From: Camelus dromedarius
Lineage: Eukaryota
Assembly: GCF_036321535.1 (NCBI RefSeq)
Contig: NC_087447.1
Span: 13,578,001-13,642,000 of the forward strand
Direction: 5' to 3'
DNA: 64,000 bases
The notes beneath the pieces were generated by a model. The model did no database searches. It was given only the letters and a program-made list of their open reading frames with translations, and was not told the origin of the DNA. Positions within the stretch are counted from its first letter, which is position 1, and the number at the start of each line of letters is the position of its first letter. Shown one piece after another: positions 50,727 through 63,581 of this stretch. The translations under genes and the position numbers were made by a program.

Positions 50727-51654
50727 GAAATTTTTCTTCTTCTGCTAATATGAATATTTATAGCTATAAATTTCCCACTAAGCACTGATTTACATGTATC
50801 CTATAGGTTATAGTATGTTGTGTTTTCATTTTTATTTATTTCAATTTATTTTCTAATTTTATTATGATTCCTGCTTTGACCAGTTGATTATTTAGGAGTA
50901 TGTTGTTTAATTTCCACGTGTTTGTGAATTTCCCAAATTTCCTCCTGTTATGATTTGCAATTTCATTACATTGTGGTCAGAGAACATACTTTGGGAGAGA
51001 AGATATTTAAATTTATTGAGTCTTGTTTTATGGCCTAACATATGGTCTAACCTGAAGAATATCCATGTTTACTAGAGAATTTTTATTCTGCTGTTGCTGA
51101 ATGGGGTGCTTTAAGAATATCTGTTAAGTGTAGTTGGTTTATAGCATTGTTTAAGTCTTCTATTTGCTTGTTGAACTTCTGACTTGCTTTCTATTTCTAT
51201 TTATTATTGAAAGTGGGTTTTTAAAATCTCCCACTTTTGTTGTTGAATTGTTTATTCATCCTTACTATTGTGTCAGTATTATATGTGTATTTATGTACTC
51301 TAGGGACCTATTAGATACATGTATGTCTATGATTATTATATCTTGATTAAATGACTATTTAATTATTATAAAATGTCCTCTTTATTCTCTAGTGACAATT
51401 TATGGCTTAAAGTCTGTTTTTCTTATATTAGTATTATCCATTCTTTCACCTCTCCTTTTGTTGTGATTTCCATGATAAATATTTTTTCACTTTACTTTCT
51501 ACTTATTTGTGTCTTTGAATCTGAAGTATGAATCTTGTAGACAAAATATATATGGATTATGCTTTTATCTGTTCTGCCAATCTCTGCCTTTTAATTGAGA
51601 TGCTAAACCACTTATATTTTATTTAATTGTTGGTAAGGTAGGATTTACATCTTA

Positions 51655-51970
51655 CATCCACTCCTACTAGTCTCTCCCCTTCATTCTTCCCCCTGCCCCC
51701 AGGTCCATAAAACCATGAGAACCTTTTGTTCACGGCTCCCTCAGCAATGAGATGACTCCCACATCTCTACCAGTCCACCTGACTCTTGGCTGGTGCAATG
51801 TTCCATGAGGGATAATGGAGCAGGATGCTTACTCTAGTTTTAGCCTCTTCATTATATTATCTCAGCCATTGATTAAGGCTTGACTTTTATTTTCATTTGT
51901 GGCTTATTAATTTATTAACTACTCTGTCATCTGACAGCTCAACTCTCTCTTCAGCTCAGCCGAGCCCATG
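51655..51970. mobile_element. LTR-like fragment within L1
   Basis: GC-richer block (ccccaggtccataaaaccatgagaaccc...) interrupting AT-rich antisense L1; ends not resolved. Confidence 0.4.
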
Positions 51971-54900
51971 AGTATATACATAAAATTATGTTATCTCTGA
52001 ATAATGATAGTTTTATACTTTCTTTTTCAATCTTTATATCTTTCATTTTATTTTCCTGTCATAATGCACTGGATAAGACCTCCAGTATTATATTGAATTG
52101 TAGTACTTGTAGTAGGCATTCTTAACTTGTTTCCAATCTGAAGGGGAAAGTGTTTAATTTTCCCTGTGAAATACACTGAAATTTATTGAACTTTTGTAGT
52201 TCTTTACCTGCAAAAATACTCTTTACCAGCAAAGAATTTGTTTTATTAGTATTTGCTGAGAGTTCTAATATGAACAGCTATTGATTTTATGTTTTTCTGC
52301 ATATATTGAGGTAACCCTGCAGGTTTTCTCCCTTATTCTACTAAAGTGATATATTATATTGAATAAATTGTTAATGCTAAAATAATCTTGCATTCTTGGA
52401 ACAAACACAATCTGAATAAGGCATATTACTCCTTTTTATACATTGCTGAATTAACTTTGCTGATATTTACTTTGGATCTTTTATTTACTTTCATATGAAA
52501 ATCATTTGCAATTCTTTGTCAGATTTTAGCATCATGCTTATTTAGCTCTCACTTCTTTGAGAAAAAAATTTGTACAATGAGTATTCTTTTTTTCATAAAT
52601 ATTTTGTAGAATTCACTGGAGAAGCTATCAGGGCCTAAGTTCTTCTTTGAGGCAAGGCTTTAATTACAGGTTCTAGTTAATATACAGAGAAATGTTCATA
52701 TTTTAATTTAAGTTCATTTGTATCATTTTTTTAGATTCCACATAGAAGTGATATCACATTATTTGTCTTTCTCGGTCTGACTTAGATCACTTCTTATACA
52801 CAGTCAGAAAGGTACTGCAAACCCAACACAGATGGCTCTCCCCTGCCCCCTTGGTCACAGATGCCTTGGCCACAAGAAAGAAAGGATAACCTGGCTTGGC
52901 TACCATTTTGGTTGAAGCTGCTAATTCTAATCCTCTGGGAGTTGAGAGATCAGAGACTCCCTACCTCCCTGCACTTGAAAAATACCTATTTAAATATTTC
53001 CTTGTAATCACACTTGAAAATGTTGATAAGGATGAACCTAGGAAGATCATATAAGCATAACCAGCCACGGATCACAGAAGCTCTTAGGTTCTGAATTTCC
53101 AGACTATTTGGATCCAGATTCCCAAGGACCAAAGGAGATATCTCCAGGCTTAGCACAGGCTTACCAAGAAAAAGACTTAAAGGCACTAACTTCAGGGACT
53201 TGCCACTCCAAGGCAACTTTTATTTGTTGCTGATTTTATGGTGCTTGCAATCCCTAGTTTTTCTGTTTTAACACCGTTTGTTATTTTCAGAATTTTAAAT
53301 CAGGCTAGATCTCAGATCACATGGCTATTTTAATATTCTTCATCTGGTACCAAGAAAGACTGGCAAATATCTAGTAAGGTGACTTGGAGACAAATAGCCT
53401 CCAATGGTTAGGTTTTTCCCTCATCACTTTCTTTTGAAGCCTAACATTTTGGAAGGTGTTTGACTAAAGAAATTCATTATCTGAGCTGGGATGCTCATGC
53501 CTCACACTCACTTGATGTTGTAAGCAGACAAAGAAAATCTAAACACGGCCCATGAACTCAGCATTGTGAGGAAATCTCTTTCCGCAATCATTTTCAAGTC
53601 ATTAAGTGAGGAAAAGGAATAATACACATAAGATAAAAACAGATGAACTACTTAAAGCAGTAGTTAGTGATGGGTCAGTAATTGCCGCCTCCATGCAAAT
53701 TGTGCTCTACAAATAATGCCTTTTTATGAAATGAATCTGTTACTTCTTTCCCAAATGCATCCAGAGAGGTAGGTACAATCTGTGATCCCTTTATTACTAA
53801 TATTTTTCTCAAGGTGATAGTAGGGTCCTCAATTTACAGGTGAGTTAGATTTAAATGTGTTTCTACTGTCACAGATGTTTATGAATAAGGGTGAGCATTC
53901 GTAGTCTACTAAGAAAAAGTGACATTATTTCTTTTATTCAATTATTATATTCATTATAAAGATAATACATTCTCTCTGTAGAAAACTTGGATCATAAAAT
54001 TTTAAAAAGAAGAATATAACTATTTCCCTTAAATCATAATTCAAAACAGCACTATTAGTGTTTAGAGCACTTTTTCCAGGTACTTTTATATATATATATA
54101 TATCATTTTGTACAATTTGGATCATAATATATAAGCTGTTTAATGTCTTCTGTTTTACACTCAATATTATGTTGGAAGAATCTTTCCACACAATTAATTC
54201 TCCTTGCAAATAACCTCAGCATTCACCTAATATTTCATAACTATAATTTATTTAATTGTTCCTCTTTATGGAGACATTTGGATTGTTTTAACTTTTGCAT
54301 TATCACAAAAATGTGAAATATAAACTGCATGCACAATTTTTGTTCATATTCTTTATCTGGAATACATCCCTAAGCAAAAGTAGTACTAAATCAAGGGTCA
54401 TGATCAGTTATTAAGCCCTTATTATTATATGGAGTTAAACTTCTTTCCAGAATATTTTGTATCAACACACTCTCACCAAGTAATATAACTGTCATAAATA
54501 TTTGCTAATTTGCCAATTAAAAGTATTTCACTGTCTTTAAATTGTATTCTTCTTTGATGACTTATGAAATAGAAGATTTTTTAGACATCTTAAGTTTTCT
54601 CTAAGCATCTTTTTTTATTAGTTTTGCCTTTGTTTTTAAAAGTGTGAGTAGAGCTTTTTTGTAAAAACTATTTCTATAATAATGGTGACCTGTGATATTT
54701 GTTGCAAGTGTTTTTCCAATATATTCTTTATTTTTATGTAGTTGAACCCATTAGCTTTGCCTTGGTTTTTATACCATCACATTTTGCTTAATGCTCTTCC
54801 TCATCCAGAGATTAGGTATATATTGATTTCTTTTTCTGTTTTTGAACAAATTTGTGTTTTTCTTAAAGTCTTTAGTGAATTCCATTCTTTTCCCTCTTTT

Positions 54901-56348
54901 TCTTTAAACTTTCTTTTAAAATGATGGCCTTTTGCTATTTGACCATACTTGCTTTCTATTGAGCTTATCTGTGCTCACTAGTTTTATCTGTACTTTTAAA
55001 ATACTAAAAAGCCTTTGAATTCATTTATTAAGTCCAATATTTTTCTATTACCTGATGTATTGATTTCTGCATTCAACCTTTTTCTGAATATAATTGATTG
55101 TTTTTCTAACCTCTTGAGTTGAGTACTTAATTTATTTTCTCTCTTCATTTATGTTTTTCCTTAATATTATAACAATCAAATATTTCAAAGATAATAATAA
55201 TAGTATGTGGGGGGGTTAATTTTTTATCAAGAATTTAGGGTATGTGGAAAGCTATGCATTCTACTTTTAAGCTAAAATCTTGGCCTACATAATAATGATA
55301 TTCTTCAATTCCTCTATGCCATTTGTAGTTTTTCCTAATTTGTGTATGAGAAAGTTTACTTGCAGTAAAACTAAGGTCTGTACCTAACATCACATAGCTA
55401 CTAATCAATGAAAACAGAATGAAAAAAATAGTCTATCCGACTACACAGAGCACACTCCATCCAACAAATTATTATGCTTTAGTTTCCTACCTTAAAAGTT
55501 CTTGTTTTCTAAATAGATCTAGAGAATTTTTCCTCGTCTTCCTGAAGTTGAGTTTGATTTGCAAGATTCCTCTGAAACCTAAACATGACAGAAGTTCTGC
55601 AAATAGTTTCAGATAAATCTGGGGGACACGGCATTGCATCATGCTGACTTATCCTCTTCAGAATATTCTTTCTTCTTGTTTGATGGCATCCTTAGATTAT
55701 TTTATTTGAATGTAATGTAAGTTCACAAATCTAACTGCCAGTTACACCTTACTAAAGTCTTAAACATTCACTCAGTTCAGTTTTTTTTTTCCTGAAATGT
55801 GACTGTATTATCCCTAATTTCAAATTGGACTCACCTTATATTTTATATTCACCCTGAAACAAGTTAAGAATAAGAAGAATAACAAACTGCAGCTTAGCCT
55901 CATCAGCACAAGTGACTAGAGAAGAGACGCAAGAGAGTAAATTCTCAGGAATTCAAGCCACTGCCCCTCTTTCCAAGTCCTCTTTTTATTACTGTTTTGC
56001 TATGGGAGAAAATACTACCGCAATTGTTGGGAGAATATCAATCCATGTACAGTTACAGAAAGGTGCCGAGAATGTCAACAGTCATAAAACCATGTTTGTG
56101 TATATGAATGTGTGTGTGTGTGTGTATGAGAGAGAGAGAGAAGAGGGCTGTGTGTCCATTATGTAACTAATAACGTGGCCTAACTTTAAGTCTTAGGTTT
56201 ATCTTCTTGGGTTTCTTATCAGTTTTACAGAAAATAATCCTAACAGAAATTACTATGCTTGATCAAATTATATCCTCCACAATTGTAATCCCTGAGCTAT
56301 TTACAGAGAAATCCGTTATCCAAATGCCGAACTGGATTCACGGAGCAA

Positions 56349-57272
56349 ATGAACAACGTGACGGAATTCCTCCTGCTCGGCCTGACACAGAACCCAGATG
56401 TGCAGAAGCTCCTGTTTGCTGTGTTTACAGTCATCTACTTTCTTACTGTAGCAGGCAACCTACTCATTGTTGTGACAGTCACCACTAGCAGAGCCCTGGG
56501 GGAGCCCATGTACTTTTTCCTGTCTTTCTTATCCTTCATAGACTGCTGCTGCTCATCTACCATGGCCCCCAAAATGATATTTGACTTACTTATTGAAAAG
56601 AAAACTATCTCCTTCAGTGGGTGCATGACTCAGCTCTTTGCAGAGCACTTCTTTGGAGGAGTTGAAATCATCCTGCTCACGGTGATGGCCTATGACCGCT
56701 ACGTGACCATCTGCAGGCCCCTGAACTACGTGATCACAATGAATAGGCAAGTGTGTGGCCTCCTGGTGGCCCTGGCCTGGGCCGGAGGATTTCTTCATGC
56801 TCTGATTCAAATTCTTTTTATAGTCTGGTTGCCCTTCTGTGGCCCCAATGTCATTGACCACTTCATCTGTGACCTTTTCCCTCTGCTAAAGCTCTCCTGC
56901 ACTGATACTCACATCTTTGGACTTTTTGTTGCTGCCAACAGTGGGCTGATGTGTATGCTTATCTTTTCCATTCTTATCACCTCCTACATTCTCATCCTTT
57001 GCTCTCTAGGAACGCACAGCACTGAGGGACAATGGAAGGCTCTCTCCACGTGTGCCTCCTATGTTACTGTAGTCGTCCTATTCTTTGTACCCTGTATATT
57101 CGTGTACCTTCGGCCCATGGTCACCTTCCCTACTGATAAAGCGGTGGCTGTGTTTTATACCATAGTAACACCCATGTTAAACCCTTTAATCTACACCCTC
57201 AGAAACTCAGAGGTGAAAAATGCCATGAGGAGGCTCTGGGGCCAAAGAGTAACCTTGGGTAACAATTCATAA
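56349..57272 (+). CDS. OR4C5: Olfactory receptor, OR4C5-like (307 aa, open frame with several motif substitutions)
   Basis: [52 protein letters not shown] match recalled human OR4C5. Acceptor tttacag| at 56306; ACG at 56340 occupies the ancestral first-ATG position. Confidence 0.85.
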   Translation: MNNVTEFLLLGLTQNPDVQKLLFAVFTVIYFLTVAGNLLIVVTVTTSRALGEPMYFFLSFLSFIDCCCSSTMAPKMIFDLLIEKKTISFSGCMTQLFAEHFFGGVEIILLTVMAYDRYVTICRPLNYVITMNRQVCGLLVALAWAGGFLHALIQILFIVWLPFCGPNVIDHFICDLFPLLKLSCTDTHIFGLFVAANSGLMCMLIFSILITSYILILCSLGTHSTEGQWKALSTCASYVTVVVLFFVPCIFVYLRPMVTFPTDKAVAVFYTIVTPMLNPLIYTLRNSEVKNAMRRLWGQRVTLGNNS

Positions 57273-58339
57273 GAGTAGACAAGATAAAAACAAAATCTAT
57301 TCATATTTTAGGAGCAAGGGTGACTAATAGAAAGGATAATGGTTTGCAAGTCAAAATATGCGACTTTAAGTATATTTTACTCCACTTGCTTTCTGAAATA
57401 TTTAATGTTCCTCTGAGTTGATTCAATGATGACTAAAGCCTCTTCCAGTTAGAAAGTTCTTTGCATCTACAAATTACTATGAATCAAAGGGGCATTGCTA
57501 ATCAACATAAAAATCACAGGGTATGGGAAATCTTTATTGATGTATTCAGTAAAAAAAATTTTTCTTAAAGCTTCAGGTTTAGATTATATAACCAGTAGGC
57601 CAAATAATTAAAATATCTAAACAATAATTCCTAATGGCTGTTTTGTTTAAAATGCATAGTTTTAATTCCAACTATTGTAGTCAAGGTAGATTTACTATTG
57701 TGAGAGATAGAAATTAGTCAGAAATGAATGAATTTTAAGTAATGAGAGTCATTAAAGCAGGCCTTATCCCAAAATTAGTTCCACAGTGCTGCACAATTCC
57801 AGGGGGCACCATTTACACTGTAATCTGGGCTCTTCTTAGAATGAATTATTTTCTGTGCCTAAAGCCAAGGAAGGATATAAAATTCTTCCAGGTACAACTG
57901 TAGAGCAATCTTGCACATGATTTCCCAGGCAGAAGATATTTTGTGGAGCACTTTTTTTGTAAAAGACATTCAAAGTAGCTTTTATTGGATGGATTTGTGC
58001 CTTAGCTAATAGAATCAAAAGAATCCAGTACTAAAAAAAAGTTGATGATACCTGAGTAATCAAGACAGAAAGTGTACAATTCAAATTTGAACAGAAAATT
58101 GCAGACCAATTGTAGACCAAGGAGATGGGAAATAATTTGAGATATAGACAGAGTGCAATTTTAAGAAGAAGAACCCAGATAAAAGAAGGGGATCCAGATC
58201 TGGACCAGGACAGAAGTCCTGCAAATCCTAGCAATTTTACTTCTACCTTCATCAGGACTGAATCAACCCAAATGACTCCATAGGCATGCCTAGATCTTAT
58301 GTTAATTATTTATTACATACACATTAATATTCAACCGTT

Positions 58340-59048
58340 TAGTAAACAATTCATTCTAAATGGNNNNNNNNNNNNNNNNNNNNNNNNNNNNNNNNNNNNN
58401 NNNNNNNNNNNNNNNNNNNNNNNNNNNNNNNNNNNNNNNNNNNNNNNNNNNNNNNNNNNNNNNNNNNNNNNNNNNNNNNNNNNNNNNNNNNNNNNNNNNN
58501 NNNNNATCCCTCTTCTGAGTATTTATCTAAAAGGACTGAAATTTGGATCTCAAGGAAGTATTTGCACTCTTATGTTCATATTAGCATTATCCACAATAGC
58601 CAAGATGTGGAAACAACCTAAATGTCCATCAATGGATAAATCGATTATTTAATGTGGTACATGCATGTGTGGAATATTATTCAGCCTTTAAAAAGAAGGA
58701 AATCATGCCATTTGTGACAACATGGATGAATCTTGAGGTCATTATTCTAAGTGAAATGTAGGTAATAGAAGACCAAATACTGCATAATTCCATGTACATG
58801 AATTATATAAAATAGTCAAACTCATAGAAACAGAGTAAAATAATGTTTTCTAGGGGCTGGAGGAAGGCAGGAAAAAGAAGTGATTATTCAATAGATACGG
58901 AGTCTCAGTCTGAGAAGATTTAAAAAGTTATGGAAAGGGTGGAGTCATTTGCACGACAATGTGAATGTATTTAATGCCACTGAACTGTGCATTTAAAATA
59001 CTTAAAATGATAAGTTTTATGTTGTGTGTATTTTGCCACAACAAAAAA
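58340..59048 (+). mobile_element. L1MB-type 3' end fragment with an N-run
   Basis: cacaatagccaagatgtggaaacaacctaaatgtccatcaatggat; gtatttaatgccactgaactgtgcatttaaaat...tttgccacaacaaaaaa. Confidence 0.85.
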
Positions 59049-62000
59049 GTCAAGAGAGAGGGACAGACTATGAGTAAAGTTGGCAACAGAGGAGCAGAAC
59101 TGTTAACTGTGGAGGATAGGGCTGTATGCGTTGCTTCCCTCTCTGTTTTGAACTTCAGGAGTGTGTCAATTTGGCCTTAAGGTAAAGGCTGGTGACAAAG
59201 AAAGGTGATTCTGCACAGGGTTCCAGCCAGCTCTTCATCACCTCAGAAGCTGAAGGAGAGAAGATTACAGTGGAACCTCCTTTCAATACTGTTTCTATTC
59301 TCTACCTCTGGATGTCTTTATACATCAGTGTTTGCCTGAGTGTGATTTTCTCAGTGGCTGCTGTGTGAAAGCATAGTACTTTACAGTAAGTCCCCGGGAT
59401 TCTCTCCCTGTGGGGCAGAGAGAAAAGCTACATAATACATCACAAGAATCTGTTGCCTAGGTTCTCACACTAAAAGAAGCTAATATGTCTATGACTTTTA
59501 AATCACTCGATCTTTGGGAGCTGGGAATTCTGCCATCTAAGTCTCCTTAGTCAGTCACTAATAAAAATGTCACACTCCCTCAGGGTAATCTGGCACATAG
59601 CTTTGAAGATTGGCGTTTCTATTCTCAGGGCAACCATACCGTTTAGGACAGTCACATTCTCAGAAAGAAATCCATTCTCTGAACTCTGACCTATGCCTAA
59701 AACCACCCCATACATCCTATGTCAGGCTCACCAATGTCAAAATGAGTGACGAAGCCCTATCATGAAATTTTCCATTTACCTTACTTGGTAAGGTAAATAT
59801 AGCGGGAGGTATGTGTTTAACCAAAGGGCAACTGCATTTCTAAAACTGGACTCTAATGATGTTTGTGGGTGTCAAGTGGGAGTAAATGAATGGCTGTGGC
59901 TGATGCTTCAGCTATGATTCCAACAGGACCAATTACTAATCCTCTGAGGACTTGAGAGGTCAATGCACTACCATGCATTAGAAATCCTGCACTTCATGAA
60001 AGTCTATTTAAACATTTTCTAGAGTCAGTGAAGAAAGAATTACAAATAAGGACCTTCAAGTAAATAATAGCTACATAGTCGTGCATCAACAAACTGAAGA
60101 CCTGTTTGGGAGACACTGCTCCCAAGCTTCGTATGGGTTAGAAAGAGGGCTTAAATCAGGAGTGAAAGGAATTCTCTCCACATTGCTCATAGACTTTTGG
60201 GGAAACAAAAATTTGGCAGAATTGGTTTGAGAAAATCATGTCCAATCAAATGGATTTGACTTACATTTTATAATTCCATATACTAACTTTTCCTGATTTG
60301 AAGAATTTTTCATGATATATATTTTGAAGATGCATTTATACTTTCATAAGAAACCAAGAAAATGAATCAAAATTAAATCCTAGAACTATCAAGTTTTCCA
60401 TATCCAGACTGATAATGGGGAACAAAATAAACTAAAATGTCCAAGACTTGGAGAGTTGTCTAGAGAGATATAAGAGTTCCAGCGTCTCACTGGTTAGTTC
60501 ATGGAGTCTATTTGCAGATGTGGGGCAAATGCCTGAGAGGAAGAAAGCAATGGCTGGGCTTAATCTAAAAACTGAAGAATCCACAATCAACTAATCCAGG
60601 TTAGTGATAACTACTTCTTTTGCCCAAAATTTAAGCAGATTGTCTTAATTTAACCAACTTAGTTTCACTAAAATAATTTTTAGAGTTAAGTTCTGTTCAT
60701 TGGAAGTTAATCTTTCTCTCTAAAACTGAATTTGGACAAAATGATATGAAAATATCAATAGAAAACACTGGCTGTAGTGTTCCCAGACAAGACGCTGTTG
60801 AGAACTACAAAAGTCACTTTAACAAGACTGTGGTTAATGCTTATGTCTCACTGAGTAGATTGATTCTGTAGACTTCTGTTTGTAGTTACTAGAAATTCTT
60901 TTCCCTTGTCATGACTTCCATGTCCCACACTGAAGTTAGAATTTGTGAATTAAATCTTTTAAGAGTGATTAACCACGTAGTCACCATCTGTAGGAGCCAT
61001 AGATACAGAAGAAACAAGTCAGAGCCTTAAGCTTTCCTGGAAACTAAAGGTATCTTTCCTCACCTTTATTGAAAACTGAGAGATCATGATGCTGACTTCT
61101 GTGCCCAGAAAGTTTTGAGGAAAAATATGTGATTATGTTTTTTGGCAGGGACTGGGGAAAGAAGAAAAAGAGGGATAAAGAATAAAATATCTCATGAACT
61201 TTCACAACAACATGTACTCACTCTTGAAAATCCATGTACAGATCATTCCCCCCAAAAAAGAAATATTCTTACATATATTCAATATTTCTACCAGTTAGCA
61301 ATGAAAACTTCAAGCTCATTTTAATTGATTAAACTTAAGCCAAAATTGAACATTGTATTATCTCGGATGACCTTAACCTTTCTGTCTTGTCAATAGGAAA
61401 CTCAGGGAAACTTCATGATTCATTTAATTCCATTTGTAAAATGTGAGTAGGGTAATATACGTACTCCAGAGCATTATTCTATATGTGATGAAAGACCAAA
61501 TAAACAGAAAATTCATTTCAGAAATATTGAGAAAATTTCAGAGAACTTTGTACCACTTACATGTTGACATTCAAAGATGTGGAAAGTGAATATGAAAAGG
61601 TCATGCCGAGCCAGACACAACATGCGGGGCTGTTGAGTGAATGCTGCTCAATGAGCTGTTATAAAGGTTAATTCCTTGGCACTTTGAGGGACAAAAATGT
61701 CATCTGCAGCTCGTCTGTGTGTGTGCATGTGAATTCATTTGACAGAATGGAATAACAGCTCACAGAGCACAGCTGGTGTACATATAGTAAAGCTTGGTTG
61801 GCACTTCCATATCTGATATACAGTTGACTTTTAGAAGAATATTGTGTCCATATACATGTAAATATTCATGCCAATAGACAAGTATAACTTTAAAATAACT
61901 GTTGTTGATGGAATTTGTCCCCCAAAGTGAAAGAAAGCTATCTGTGAGACTTTTAAAACTATGAAGAAAATCTAGAAGTCAACCGTAAGTCAACATTCAT

Positions 62001-62269
62001 AATAACATCTTTTTCTTATTGCAGTGTTTGTAAGGTATTGTCACCATATATTCAATTAATATGAATAAGGAGAAATTTAGCCTCCTTTTATTTGTTTTTA
62101 CAACTATCTGCAAAATGCCAGAGGTGAGTGAAAGGTGTAGCTTCACCAATCCCAGAGCCCAGGACTAAAGAGGTGATGAACTATTTTAGCATTGAATTTA
62201 ACATTTCATCACTCAGAAATAATGTGATCTTTCCAGATGGACCATGTGCTCATAACCCAAGATGAGTTG

Positions 62270-63199
62270 ATGGAAAGGATGGGCAATGTAACAGAATTCA
62301 TCCTGCTGGGCCTGACCCAGAATCCAGAACTGCAGACATTCTTATTTGCTGTGGTTTTAATTACCTACTTGACCACATTGGCAGGTAACCTGCTCATCTC
62401 AGTCACCATCTTCATCAGTCCAGCCCTGGGTTCTCCCATGTACTTTTTTCTATCCTGCTTATCCATTATAGATGGCTTCTACTCTTCTTCCATAGCACCC
62501 AAAATGATCTTTGACTTGATCTCTGGAAAGAACACCATATCCTTCGATGGTTGCATGACTCAGCTCTTTGCTGAACATTTCTTTGCTGCAGCTGAGATTA
62601 TCTTGTTAATTGCCATGGCCTATGACCGCTATGTAGCTATCTGTAAGCCTTTGCACTATATGACCATCATGAGCAGACATGTGTGTGGATTCCTGGTTGG
62701 AATGGCTGGAGTTTTAGGGTTTCTTCATGGAGGGATCCAGGTTTTATTCATGATCCAGTTACCATTCTGTGGCCCCAATGTCATTGACCACTTTATGTGT
62801 GATTTAATACCTCTCCTGGAGCTAGCCTGCACGGACACTCACACTTTGGGGCCTCTGATTGCTGCCAACAGTGGGTCACTGTGTTTGCTAACTTTCTCAA
62901 TGCTGGTTGCCTCCTATGTTTTCATCCTGCGCTCCCTGAGGACTCACAGCTCTGAAGGGCGTCACAAAGCTCTGTCAACCTGTGCCTCTCATGTCACTGT
63001 TGTCATCTTATTCTTTGTACCGTGTTCACTCCTGTACCTAAGACCCGTGACCTCCTTCCCCACTGACAAAGCTGTGACTGTGTTTTGCACCATAGTAACT
63101 CCTATGTTGAACCCTTTAATCTACACCCTGAGAAATGCAGAAGTGAAAAATGTCATGAAGAAACTCTGGGGGCAAATAATGAAAACTAGCGATAGATAA
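62270..63199 (+). CDS. OR4C45: Olfactory receptor, OR4C45-like (309 aa from ATG 62270; in-frame upstream ATG at 62237)
   Basis: [55 protein letters not shown] match recalled human OR4C45. ATG 62270 is homologous to the start of the 23889(-) gene (gagttgATGGAAAGGATG in both). Confidence 0.9.
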   Translation: MERMGNVTEFILLGLTQNPELQTFLFAVVLITYLTTLAGNLLISVTIFISPALGSPMYFFLSCLSIIDGFYSSSIAPKMIFDLISGKNTISFDGCMTQLFAEHFFAAAEIILLIAMAYDRYVAICKPLHYMTIMSRHVCGFLVGMAGVLGFLHGGIQVLFMIQLPFCGPNVIDHFMCDLIPLLELACTDTHTLGPLIAANSGSLCLLTFSMLVASYVFILRSLRTHSSEGRHKALSTCASHVTVVILFFVPCSLLYLRPVTSFPTDKAVTVFCTIVTPMLNPLIYTLRNAEVKNVMKKLWGQIMKTSDR

Positions 63200-63337
63200 A
63201 TCTTGGGTGGAGTGTGTAGGCAAAAAAAAAAAAATCTAGTGATATTTCATAGAGCTTTATTCCTCTTCATAGCTAATTAAACTTGGAAAAATTATCCAGT
63301 CTGGATCAGTTTTCTTCAGGAGCCCATATATTGTGAG

Positions 63338-63581
63338 CAGGGCTGATATCCTTGAAGGCATAGTAGATGCGGTGCCTGGAGCCCACAATGGTTTTAGGAT
63401 CCCCTGAAATGTTTTAGTTTCTTTTAAAACATAAAAAATTAATATACTCCAAATGCAACTTGGATTATAGACATCTATACATCAATGCAGTCATAAAATA
63501 TAACTTTTCATATTTTTATGGAGGAAGGGCCCCATGAAGGCAGACGTACCAAGGGCCCACAAAAGTCATAATGTTGCCCTG
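63338..63581. mobile_element. Non-autonomous hAT DNA transposon (MITE, Tip100-like)
   Basis: TIRs cagggc...gccctg; 8-bp TSD attgtgag / gttgtggg (6/8 identical); internal GGGCCC motifs. Confidence 0.7.

Larger units (their letters stand above)
49320..52720 (-). mobile_element. Composite antisense L1M fragments interrupted by LTR insertions
   Basis: tgaattcaatttgctagtattttgttgaagac, tttgtgaaggattggtgt, ttaggagtatgttgtttaatttccacgtgtttgtg. Confidence 0.8.

Noticed and set aside
53825-53850. tttacag|GTGAGT resembling a recursive splice site or first-exon donor for the OR4C5-like gene
   Set aside because: The context resembles the MIR core (cccattttacagatgag), so it may be repeat-derived, and no paralogous support exists in the window. 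The nearby ATGCAAAT (53693) is also unsupported.
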